From Macrostomum lignano (taxonomy: Eukaryota), in NCBI GenBank assembly GCA_002269645.1, contig NIVC01001026.1:1-33438 (forward strand): a stretch of DNA of 33,438 nucleotides. The letters run 5' to 3'. Below the pieces are notes generated by a model. It worked only from the letters and a program-made list of their open reading frames with translations. It made no database searches and was not told the origin of the DNA. Below are positions 1 to 15,620 of this stretch, piece by piece; position 1 is the first letter of the stretch; each line of letters begins with the position of its first letter. The position numbers and the translations under genes were made by a program.

Positions 1-4827
<4,827 letters not shown>

Positions 4828-5682
4828 AGTAGCTACGGCTGGTGACGGCTAGCCTGAAGAGAGCGGCAACAGCCTTTAGCTAATGGATGGGAACAAGGCA
4901 TACTACTACCAGCCTATACTACTAACAGCTACTAATGCCTACGTGTGCCCTTATTTGACAAGCCAGGAAAATATCAGAGAAATTGTCACAACTCACACGA
5001 GATTTGAAAGCTACACACCTGCCCGGGATTTCACTAATTCTCAATTAGTATCGGCCCACAACCAGTGGTGACACCTGATTCCGCTGACTCCTGACCACAT
5101 TATTACGCGTTAAGATATTAGGGAAAGGGGTTTGGTTTTGATAAACTGCTGACGCTACCTTATTAAAAAAAGCAAGAAAAAGAAAGCAAATTCGATCAAA
5201 GAAGACAAAACCAGCAACCCGGAACAGCGATCAAGTACATCAGGATTATATAGTTAAAGCAGCAACAAAGAAGCAGAAAAGCTCCGCTGTTCCGGGCGAG
5301 GATCTCAAATTCATATATTTTTTAATCAATTATTAGCAAGTTTTAATCATTTTTAATTGCTTTTTTTCAATAATTCAATGATGATAGTCACCAGAAGTTC
5401 GCCACCAGAAACATTGATGCCTCTTTATGACTTTGTGGGAGGAGGGTCGCAATCGTTGGGGATTATTAGTATTTTAAATATAGAGTTGCAGGTGTTTAAA
5501 AGCACAGATAAGGTGCGAGAATAGACTGCTGATACAATGTTTAGGCCAACAATTAGTTATATAACAATCAGAAAAACAGGTAAATAGAATCAACAAATCC
5601 TGTGCCTACTTACAGTAGCGCATTAAGCGGGAAACACGGACAATCTGTTGAAGGATTATAAGAAAAAACCCGATTCCCAAGC

Positions 5683-5706
5683 AATTAATTAATTAATTAA
5701 TTAATT
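5683..5706. repeat. (AATT)6 microsatellite
   Basis: aattaattaattaattaattaatt read directly. Confidence 0.8.
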
Positions 5707-6332
5707 ATCCATAGTTATTCAAGCGTCAAACAAACAAACACGCATGCATATAATAGATAGACAAACAAATATAGTTGATGCAAATACGAGAAATGTTTGG
5801 CTTCATAGGCACGCGTTTAACAAAGTTTAATTGAAGGGGCCTCAGGAGAAAACCAGTATCTAATAAATAAATATAATAACTCTTACTAGGCAAACACACT
5901 GACTAACAGTTAGCACAAAAACAAATTGAAAATCTCAAACACCGCAAAGTTTTAAATAAAATAACACCAACTTGACACAGTAAAGTAATAGACAGCGAAA
6001 CTAAAGGTGAAAAATTTATGTTAAGGATTGCATTTTACTCTGTCGCACAGAACAAAAATGAAGCTATAATTAAATATTACTACTAGTTGTAGTATATATC
6101 CGAAAGAGATAAATTATACTTGTATAAGCAAACAGCAGGTTAATCAATCAGAATATAATGTATATAGGGAGTAGAAATTAGACGGGAAAATGTGTCAACT
6201 ATCGATTTAGTTAAACTACTAACAGTAGCAAGCAGCAATATTAATATTTAAACAATTAGTTTTGAAGAAGAAGCCGCATCGGTTGTCATAAATTGCTCAT
6301 AAATTAATCAATCATCGATGCCTGCCGCTTGT

Positions 6333-9300
6333 TCAGGGCGTGACGCCAACTTCAATAGCCGTCTGTACTAGCACTTTCACGCCTGGCATGAAGGTGCGAA
6401 TCTCAGCAAAGTTGGCGGATTGAATCACGTGATTCACCCAGCCCAGCGCCTCCTGCATGGCCTTCTGTTGCAGATTTTGTACTATAGCCGTTAGGCCATC
6501 CAGTACTGGCTGCGATAGCTGGGGAGGGCAGTGCGGAATGGATAAGAATGTTTAATATAGATTACTTGGCATTGGATTGCTGATTGGGATAGTTTGTCTA
6601 TATATGAGCCTGAATACCCCCAGTTGCTGTTATGGTGGGCCTGAGTACCCCCAGTTGCTGTTATGGTGGGCCTGAATACACCCAGTTGCTGTTATGCTGG
6701 GCCTGAATACCCCCAGTTGCTTGTTTGGTGGGCCTGAGTACCCCCAGTTGCTGTTATGGTGGGCCTGAGTACCCCCAGTTGCTGTTATGGTGGGCCTGAA
6801 TACACCCAGTTGCTGTTATGCTGGGCCTGAATACCCCCAGTTGCTTGTTTGGTGGGCCTGAGTACCCCCAGTTGCTGTTATGGTGGGCCTGAGTACCCCC
6901 AGTTGCTGTTATGGTGGGCCTGAATACACCCAGTTGCTGTTATGGTGGGCCTGAATACACCCTGTTGCTGTTATGGTGGGCCTGAGTACCCCAGGCCCAC
7001 GGCCCCAGTCGCGGCCCCAGACCATACCTTATTCTGAGCCAATAACTCATATAGGGCCGCCAGCTTCCGTTCAACGTCGTCCATCTTGACAGTGACCTGA
7101 CGCTTCCGCGACGTAGCGGCGCTCTGTAGCCGACAGGCTCCAACAAGGTCGCCGAGAACGCGAGGAAAGTGCTTGAATTGGTCAGGCAAGACAGCCGGCT
7201 GCGAGGCGGTGGCAGCGGCAGCGGCAGCAGATGCTCCGGCAGCGTCGGAACCTTTGTCGCTGCACATTGAAGTGTTACGAGAACGTCGACCGCCACCAGA
7301 CGGATGTTTCACTTTATCATGCGGACTTGGCGGCACATTAGCAGTCGGCATCTGGCTAATTGGCGGCGGAGCAGTCAGCGGATTCGCGTGCGGCGGCTGC
7401 GGCAGGCCGGGCGGATGCTGGGCAACGTAGGCAGCCGGGTTGTACAGGTTGGCCGGGGGCGGCGGCGCCTGGGCGGCCGAGTCAGACTGCAAATGCCAAT
7501 GGATTGACTTCATCACAATCCCTAGACTTAAAAATCTCTTAACTTCACTGTCACAATTTCTAAACCCCACAATCCCTAAACCCCACAATCCCTAAACCCC
7601 ACAATCTCTAAACTCCACAATCCCTAAACTCCACAATCCCTAAACTCCACAATCTCTAAACTCCACAATTCCTAAACTCCACAATCTCTAAACTCCACAA
7701 TTCCTAAACTCCACAATCTCTAAACTCCACAATCCCTAAACTCCACAGTCCCAAAACTCCACAATCTCTAAACTCCACAGTCGTCCCTAAACTCCACAAT
7801 CTCTAAACTCCACAATCCCTAAACTCCACAATCCCTAAACTCCACAATCCCTAAACTCCACAATCTCTAAACTCCACAATCGTCCCTAAACTCCACAATC
7901 TCTAAACTCCACAATCCCTAAACTCCACAATCCCTAAACTCCACAATCCTAAACTCCACAATCCTAAACTCCACAATCTCTAAACTCCACAATCCCTAAA
8001 CTCCACAATCTCTAAACTCCACAATCTCTAAACTCCACAATCCCTAAACTCCACAATCTCTAAACTCCACAATCTCTAAACTCCACAATCCCTAAACTCC
8101 ACAATCTCTAAACTCCACAATCTCTAAACTCCACAATCTCTAAACTCCACAATCTCTAAACTCCACAATCTCTAAACTCCACAATCCCTAAACTCCACAA
8201 TCTCTAAACTCCACAGTCGTCCCTAAACTCCACAATCTCTAAACTCCACAATCTCTAAACTCCACAATCCCTAAACTCCACAATCTCTAAACTCCACAAT
8301 CCCTAAACTCCACAATCCCTAAACTCCACAATCCCTAAACTCCACAATCCCTAAACTCCACAATCCCTAAACTCCACAATCCCTAAACTCCACAGTCCGT
8401 AAGTTTCATCACAATACCTAAACCTCAAAGATTATCACCCTATCTTTGAGGTTTCACCACTTTAACGTCACTCTAACTCTAACGTCAATCCTCAACCTCT
8501 AACGGGGGTTGTAGCCTAGTGGTTAGAGTTTCGGACTCACGACTGAAAAGTCGGAGGTTCCATTCCCGATCCCACTGGAACAATTTGTGTCCTTAAGCAA
8601 GACTCCTAACCCTGCATTGCTTCAGTTCACCCAGCTGTAAAATGGGTGCCAGCATTAGCTGGGGTAATTGAGGGTGTGTGTGGCAACCCCCCAGTGCTTG
8701 GACTGAACAGCCGTACGCAGCCTTCAGATGCGCCGCGCAATAGCTGCGGCTGAGCTGTCGGTTGCACATGTGGCCATTAGGGCAGGTGTAGTCAATTATT
8801 TTTATTATTATCACTCTGAAAACAATAGCCATGCTTTAATGTCGACCTCACACGAACAATAGATGCCAAAAAGTACAAGCAGGTTTCTGTTCCTGTTAGT
8901 AGTACACAAAATTCTATCCTATTTTACTTTATAAAAAACTCAACAAATTTTTCATGCATTTTTTACTAATATTACTAACAAACTTCGTTCGATTCTCGAC
9001 ATGCTAAAAAATTGATGTTAATAATATTATCCTGCCAGTTTCCCTATAGGATTTCCTACCCAGAATTTGTCAGCATTCCATAGGTCAACACCGACTAGGG
9101 TGGCGCCATCGTTGGCGCTGGATTGCTGGAAAATAGGCAGTTTTTAAAATTATTTTTGTTGTGAGAAATTACGAGGGCTAAGCTACTTTCAATTCAGTAG
9201 TAGTTACGTATACTAGTGCTAAAAAACAAAACTTGCTACTGAAAAAGTAGTTAGATGTTTGATTTCATTATTTACGCTCGTAAGAAACGATTACTGGCGT

Positions 9301-12300
9301 GTATTTAGTCAATAACTTATAATGTCTTATAATTTCTGGATTCACTCTTTCTGGCTAGCGAGTCGCTGGGAATTCATAAAAATTTAACAAACTAAGTTGG
9401 CATTAAATCTAGGCATAGATACTAAAGTCAGACTAACTAGATATGTCGTCCCTCGCAGTTAAATTTGTTTAAATTTAATGTGGCAGCTAAAATTTACTTT
9501 AATTTCTTGAGGTTTGTGACCTTTGTAGCAAACGGGATTAAAAATGAACAGCAAGTATCTAACTGAATGTTTACGCCCAATTGGGCGCACGCCCAATCTA
9601 GCCCAGCCAATGAGAGAGCAGTAAGGAGAGAGGTCAAAGTTAGCATAGGGTGGCAGGCCAAATCTAGCCCAGCCAATGAGAGAGCAGTAAGGAGAGAGGT
9701 CAAAGTTAGCATAGGGTGGCAGGCCAAATCTAGACCAGCCAATGAGAGAGCAGTAAGGAGAGAATTTAAAGTCAGACACAAGCGGGCAAAAGGAAAGCCA
9801 CTGTTTATCGGCCTGGCTCGGGGCTGGGGCGCCAACCCCTGTTGTCTAAACTCTACACGCACTGGATTTGGGTTTTTAAAGTTTTACTGCAATCTTCAGT
9901 CTTGAATTCATTAATTATTGAATAATTCTTAGTCTGAGGCAGTCTGGAGTTAGTAAAACGAGGAAATTTATTATGTCTGCTTGAATTTTTAAAACTTTTA
10001 AAACTTTTGGAAAAACGCTACTGAAAAAAAACAGTAGATAGCGCATTTTTGCGATTGACATATCTAGTTGTTTTACTGCTAGCTTCTGTGAATCTAACCT
10101 TAAAGGCATTGTGCAAAAAGACACATGACTTATTTGACAATTCGACAACAGAGCCAAATATTTACCGGTTTCTTCTGTTCAGATAAAAACGGCGGATCGT
10201 TCCAACCGCCGCAGCCGGCTTTAGTAGAAGAATCGCGCGGCTTAGTCGGATACTGGGAGCTTGAGGGCGGCGGAGGCGGAGGATGCTGCTGCTGCTGCAA
10301 CATGCTATGCGGTTGGTAGCCAGTTGCGGTAGGCGGCGGCGGCGGCTGGTACATAGAAGTAGCGGGCGGCTGGCCTGGCTGGTACATGGTATTGCCTACT
10401 GGCTGATAGGCGGACTGCACTGGCTGTACGGGAGGCGCAGCATAAGCTGGATAAGGTGGATTGGTCCGATTGGCAGCATAGCTAGTTGGCTGGTACAGAT
10501 TGGCGGCCGGGTTGTACATGGCTGCTGGCTGCTGCTGCTGCTGCTGCTGCTGCTGGCTGGTCACGGACGACACGGCGTAAGGATTCGAGGGTGCGGCGGA
10601 CCCGGACTGCAATGAAGGGAGTTGCCAGAGATTATTAGACTAGCTGAGGAAAACGATTCAGAGAAAACGTTTCAGGGTGGTTGCAGATGACACAGGTAAA
10701 ATAGGAAAGAAGGGACTCTAGACGACTCTAAAACGACGAGATGTCACAGCAAAAGTCGCTAAAAAGTCGTCAAAGAGCCGCCTAAGAGTCAACTTGATGC
10801 GATTTATACGCCGTATAGCCGTATCTGAGGCGTGCTACAGTCGTCGTAGAATCACTGCGTCACTCTATGAATAAGAATGGTATTTCACAGTTATAACAAC
10901 TCCACTTAAACCAATCGAACCAAGGGTTTGTGACGTGAGAGTCAGACGCGTCTACTACTGTGTTGCTAGTCATACATGAGCAACAGTCGGCCGAGTCGGC
11001 CGATCCGGCCGACCGATTTGGCAGCCAATCAAGGAAGTCGCAAAAATACCCACCCGAAAAATACCTAAGTAGTATTACTAAGTAGCTGACGAGGCATTTT
11101 GACCTAATAAGACAGTTACAGGTACTCCTGCCGTTTACCCAAAGTTGCGTTAATTTTGCTTTAGGGTTTTTATTACATGTAAGTCGCATTTTTGGCCAAA
11201 AACTACGTCGCATTTTTGTTAAAACTAAGTCGCATGGCCGACCAAGTTTTGGAGGTTGCGCATGTATGTTGCTAGTAGTATAATAAGCAAATAAATACAG
11301 AAAAAAAGCAAATGATACTCGTACCTGCGGCTTGCCAGGTAGTTGCTGACGCGGCTGCTGCTGCTGTCCGGCCACTGGCCGATAGCCGCCATTAACAACG
11401 GCACTGGCTGCGGCCACAGTCGGCCTGTAGGGATTGGGCGGCGCGGGCACATCGGGCGGACAGCCGAGCGCCTGGTAGAGCCGGTGAGCCCGAGCCGTTT
11501 GATTTGAGTCGCCAGCGACAGCTGCAGGCTGCAGGTAGCGCAAAGCGGCGCGCAACTCACCCTGATTGGCTAGCTGCTCTGCGTAGCTGCCCAGGTGGGC
11601 GGTCAGGGCGCCGAGATCGCCGGCGCTTGACGGATGGTCGGCGTCGGTCACGGCTAGGCGAAGAACTTCGGCTTTCTCTACGACATCCTGCAGTAGCAGC
11701 GGCCGCGGCTCGCCGCCAGCCGGCATCAGGCAGGCGGCTAGGCGGGGCACATAGCCGGCGCAGATGTAGCACAGAGCGGCTTCCTGACGCCTGCCGTCGG
11801 TTTCCAATCGGCGGCCGACCTGTTCGGCTAGTTCGGCGAATTCCTCCGCGCTGGCGTAGGTCAGGGCGAAGGCCAGGCTGTGCCGCCAGTCCTCGTTGCC
11901 GCTGTGCTGCACAACGTAGGGACAGGCGTGGGTAACTACGGCACGAATCAGCCGGCCAGTGTCAGTGTTCAACAGGCGGAATAGGCGGGCTTGGGTTCTC
12001 TCGTACAGTTCGGCTCCGCCGGCCACGGCCAGGATGGCGGCCTCGGCCAGGCGGCCTTTGTCCAGGCAGAGGTTTACGGCTATCTCAATGCGGCCGGCGA
12101 TCAGCGCCTTGGTCAGATCCGCGTCCTCGGCGCCGTCCTCCGTGGCCGAGGCCAGGCCGAGCGGCTTAGCCTCCTCGGCGATGGCGCTGAACTCGTCAGT
12201 TTCGGCTTCGCCGCCCTCGGCTTCTGATTTATCTTCGCCCTTCTCCGAGACGGCTTCGCCCTCTTCGTCGGCTTCAAAGCCGAGCAATTTAAGGAACTGA

Positions 12301-15300
12301 GTGCGCGGATCGGAGCTGAAATTAGTCTCCAGGAACTGCCACAGGCGCTGCTCAGCTTCGTCTTTAGCGGCCTCGGCTCGGGCCCGACAATGTCCGCCAA
12401 GATCGGCCGCGCCCGCGGACAGGGCGCGCTCCAGGTCGCCAGCTCGGCGCACCAGCTCCGGCTCCGTGACCACCTGGCTGATCTTGGCCTGCCGATTCTG
12501 CTGCTGCTGCCCGGATGCGTCGCTGGCGGCATCGCAGCCGAAGCTGACCAGGCGGCCGCCAAAGCCGAAACGGGCGCCGCAACGGGGCCGCATCCATTTT
12601 GGCGCTTTGCCGGGATGATACCACACCTGGGCTGGCACCGACGGCTGGTGCACCTGGGCAAACGGATCGGCTGAACCGCTGGCAGAGTTGGCTGCGTTAT
12701 CGGCTGCTGCTGCCGGCGCTGATGAATCTTCGCCGTCTGAGCCGCCAAGAATGTTCAGCACGCTTAGCTGTGGAAGGCAAAGTTTAGGGTTAGAAAAATT
12801 TTTTTGTCAGTTAAATGAGAACGCATCTGAAGGCTTCGTACTGCTGTTCAGTTCAAGGACTGGGGAGAGGGGGGGTCGCCACACACCCTCAATTATCCCA
12901 GCTAATGCTGGAACCCATTTTACGAGCGTACAGCTGGGTGAACTGAAGCAATGCAGAGTTAAGTGTCTTACTCAGGGACACAAATTGTTCCGAGTGGGTC
13001 GAGAATCGAACCCCCGACCTTTCAGTCGAGAGTCCGACGCTCTAACCACTAGGCTACAACCCCCTCATACAGTCTAAACATACACGTAGTAAACATTATA
13101 TAAGTTTAGAAACCAACTAAGCATAAATTTAAGCATATCAAAAGACGCATAGAGATTTCACATCGATAACGACAAAAAATGCAAACTTTTAGTTCTAACA
13201 AAACAAAAAACCGGGACTCACCTGTCCGTCCATGGAGCTGGCGCACAATAGCAAAGGATGCTTGGGACTCCAGGCGGAATCGTAGATCCAACGGTTTGGC
13301 AGAGTAGCTTTAACTACAATTTCTCCGCCTGGAGAGCTGCAGTTCGGATCCCAACAGATCAAGCTGCTATCCCTGGATGTAGAGAGCAGATAGTCGGGAT
13401 CAAACGGACTCCAAGCCATAGACAGAATGCCTTTAGTGTGCGCGTTGAGCTGCTGCATTGGCGAGGTGGCGTATCGCAGGTCCCACATCTGCACCAGCGG
13501 TGTCTGGTCATCGTCCGAGGCCAAGCACAGCTGGGTTGCCACCCTGAAATCATTTTGTTGCTAAGGGGTTAGAACAGTTTTTTGGATTTGCATGTATCAG
13601 AGACAGGGGGCTGAGTGCACTCTGGCGCACTTTAAGCGACATTGTCACACAACCGGCGAGAGGCATTAATAGGCTAGCTTTCTTAAACTAACAAACAATG
13701 GAATGAATGCTCAGAGCTCCTGAAGGGTTGAACAAGCGGTTCGGCGTTCGACTCGGATGCCAGAGTTCCTATGTTCGACAACGTATCTGCGAAGACTACT
13801 TTGTAAAACTATGGGAACTGCTGAGATATCAAGGCTCGCAGAGGGGAAATTACTGAGATCTCAAGGCTCACAGAGAAGGGAATTACTGAGATGTCAAGGC
13901 TCACAGAGGAGGGAATTACTGAGATGTCAAGGCTTACAGAGGGGAATTGCTGAGATGTCAAGGCTTACAGAGGGGAATTGCTGAGATGCCAAGGCTCACA
14001 GGGGAGGGAATTGCTGAGAGTTCATTGCTCATTGGGGGATTTCGACCTACCCAACGGGAGTGGATGGCCAGTATTTTTGGTTAATGTTATTTTTTGAAGA
14101 ATAGACACTTAAACCAGTGGACCAGTTCCGAACTACTGCAAAGCTTACTTGGGATGCCAGACGACATGCTTGAGCCGCATTTGGCACATACTGTCAGTCA
14201 GTTTAATAATCGGCTCGGATTTCTTCAAATCCCAAACAATACAGCGGGTGGCGAACACGCTGCCAAGAATGTGCGACACCTGACGGTTCCAGGCAACGCC
14301 GAGTACATCGTCGGCTGGCAGACTCTTGCTGCCTGGCGCCATCTGGGCGCTGGGATTAGCCAGATCCCACACGAATATCTCCGATTCGCCGCCGCCCGTG
14401 CACAGCAGATTCTTTTGGAAAGGATTCAAATCCAGGGCGCCGACGGAGCCGGTGTGGCCAGACTGGGTAAACACCTCGGCTGATTCGCTAGACTCGGTGG
14501 CCAGGCGTTCCGGTATTGTTTGCCACTGCCGCCAACAGGGACGCCCCAGCCAACAAGGACGCCCCAGGGCAGGTCGGCATCGACGCCGTGGCTGCCCCAC
14601 ATTAGTCGGCAAAATCTATCGGCAGTTTCTATGCTAGCTGACGGCTTTAATTCTGTGTCAGGGCTGGTCAGGTCGACTTTGAAAAGCTCCAGAACGGATG
14701 AAGTGCTGCGTTTTGTTGTTTGTTTAATTAAGATATTATATGCGGTTAAAGTGTGTTAAGACTATTCAGTTCAGTAGTAAGTTAAATAGAAGCGCTTTAA
14801 TTAGTTTTAGGATAATAAATTATTTATTGGTCTTCTTAAGCCTAGCTTAACCCCTCAGACTGATTTATTAATTTTAGTTGAATAAATTTACAATACTCCA
14901 ATTGTCTTGCTTTTCCTAAAATAGCTAACGAATTCTTCCTTGCTACTGAAATACAAATATAAAAGACATACGCATTGATGACTGCTAATAGTAGCTTTTA
15001 ATAAAGATCATTCAAAGGTGAAAATTTGAAAGTCTACAGCTGATTATACGACTTATAAGTAGCTTTAACTCCTCCCAATATGAAATATTATATTTATTAG
15101 TAAAATTTGACTGAGGATAAAACCAACGAGTAATTAAATGTCAACTTGACTTTTGCATGTACATATAGTATAAGTCCTGAATGCAAATCATTGTAAGCAT
15201 ACCTGAATGTTGCATCTAATTGATGTGCAGATGTGCCAGCAGCCAGAAGCAGCGGCTGCTGATTACCTGGAGACCAGGTGGCAACACTTGTTCTTTGTAT

Positions 15301-15315
15301 CTGTTTTATTTTCAT
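6333..15315 (-). CDS. SEC31: COPII outer-coat protein Sec31. Exons 15315-15203, 14705-14149, 13543-13222, 12767-11325, 10606-10166, 7486-7028, 6518-6333; frame break in exon 2.
   Basis: N-terminus MKIKQIQRTSVATWSP...LAAGTSAHQLDATF|STSSVLELF; WD40 repeats (HTGSVGALDLNPFQKNLL, QMWDLRYATSP); WYHPGKAPKWMRPRCGARFGFGGRLVSF; ACE1 solenoid; Pro/Gln-rich region with GWNDPP; C-terminal KMDDVERKLAALYELL...FAEIRTFMPGVKVLVQ. All splice phases are consistent. Confidence 0.95.
6607..6992. repeat. ~31-bp minisatellite in the last SEC31 intron
   Basis: Unit gggcctga(g/a)tac(c/a)cccagttgctgttatg(g/c)t, about 12 copies. Confidence 0.95.
7510..8398. repeat. 16-bp minisatellite near the 3' end of SEC31 intron 5
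   Basis: Unit ctaaactccacaatc(c/t), more than 50 copies. Confidence 0.95.
8504..8781 (+). mobile_element. tRNA-derived SINE with a CORE-like central domain, copy 1 (SEC31 intron 5)
   Basis: A box TAGCCTAGTGG, B-box-like GGTTCCATTCC, CORE-like segment at 8584-8647; homologous to copies at 12823-13064 and 29818-30095. Confidence 0.85.
9592..9770. repeat. 66-bp tandem repeat, ~2.7 copies, each with a CCAAT box (SEC31 intron 5)
   Basis: aatctag recurs at 9595, 9661 and 9727; CAGCCAATGAG is present in each unit. Confidence 0.9.
12823..13064 (-). mobile_element. Same SINE family, copy 2, 3'-truncated (SEC31 intron 3)
   Basis: Minus strand reads GGGGGTTGTAGCCTAGTGGTTAGAGCG...GGTTCGATTC..., followed by the CORE-like segment. 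Confidence 0.85.
13813..14018. repeat. 30-33-bp minisatellite, ~6 copies, in SEC31 intron 2; same family as 24016-24781 in the opposite orientation
   Basis: Core gctgagatgtcaaggctc...ggggaatt. Confidence 0.9.
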
Positions 15316-15417
15316 GGCTGATTTGTGACATGCATGAAATTAATGAAATGCATGGATTATAGCTATGTTGGCATTGAGTTACATTATGTATTACATCCAT
15401 AAACACACACTTAAAAC

Positions 15418-15620
15418 TTGCCTAAGAACATGTTCAAAAATATGCTTGGTCTAGCCATCACTGGGCTGTTAATGTTTGATGGGCAGTATTTTCTCTAGAT
15501 TGATGGATGTGCTATGGGTAACCCATTAGCTTCCATGTTAGCCAATCTTTGTATGAGCATATGACTTACTGGGAGTCTGAATAGTTGAAACTGCCTTGTG
15601 CACCTAAGTTTTAAGAAAAT
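15418..15620 (+). mobile_element. Degenerate Penelope-like reverse transcriptase fragment
   Basis: The frame from 15418 reads LPKNMFKNMLGLAITGLLMFDGQYFL*IDGCAMGNPLASMLANLCMS, matching the PLE RT motif F.F.G.YY.Q.DG.AMGSPL...LAN.FM. The stop at 15496 sits at the expected Q. Confidence 0.75.

Noticed and set aside
10981-11020. Cluster of tcggccga palindromes in SEC31 intron 4
   Set aside because: Too short and irregular to support any function or repeat call.
10860-11324. C-terminal extension of the 633-aa ORF beyond KPQ
   Set aside because: Read-through into the intron after the CAG|GTACGA donor; the composition is non-coding.
12990-13064. tRNA gene
   Set aside because: A and B boxes are present, but the acceptor stem does not pair and the sequence continues into a body shared by three dispersed copies, so it is a SINE head.
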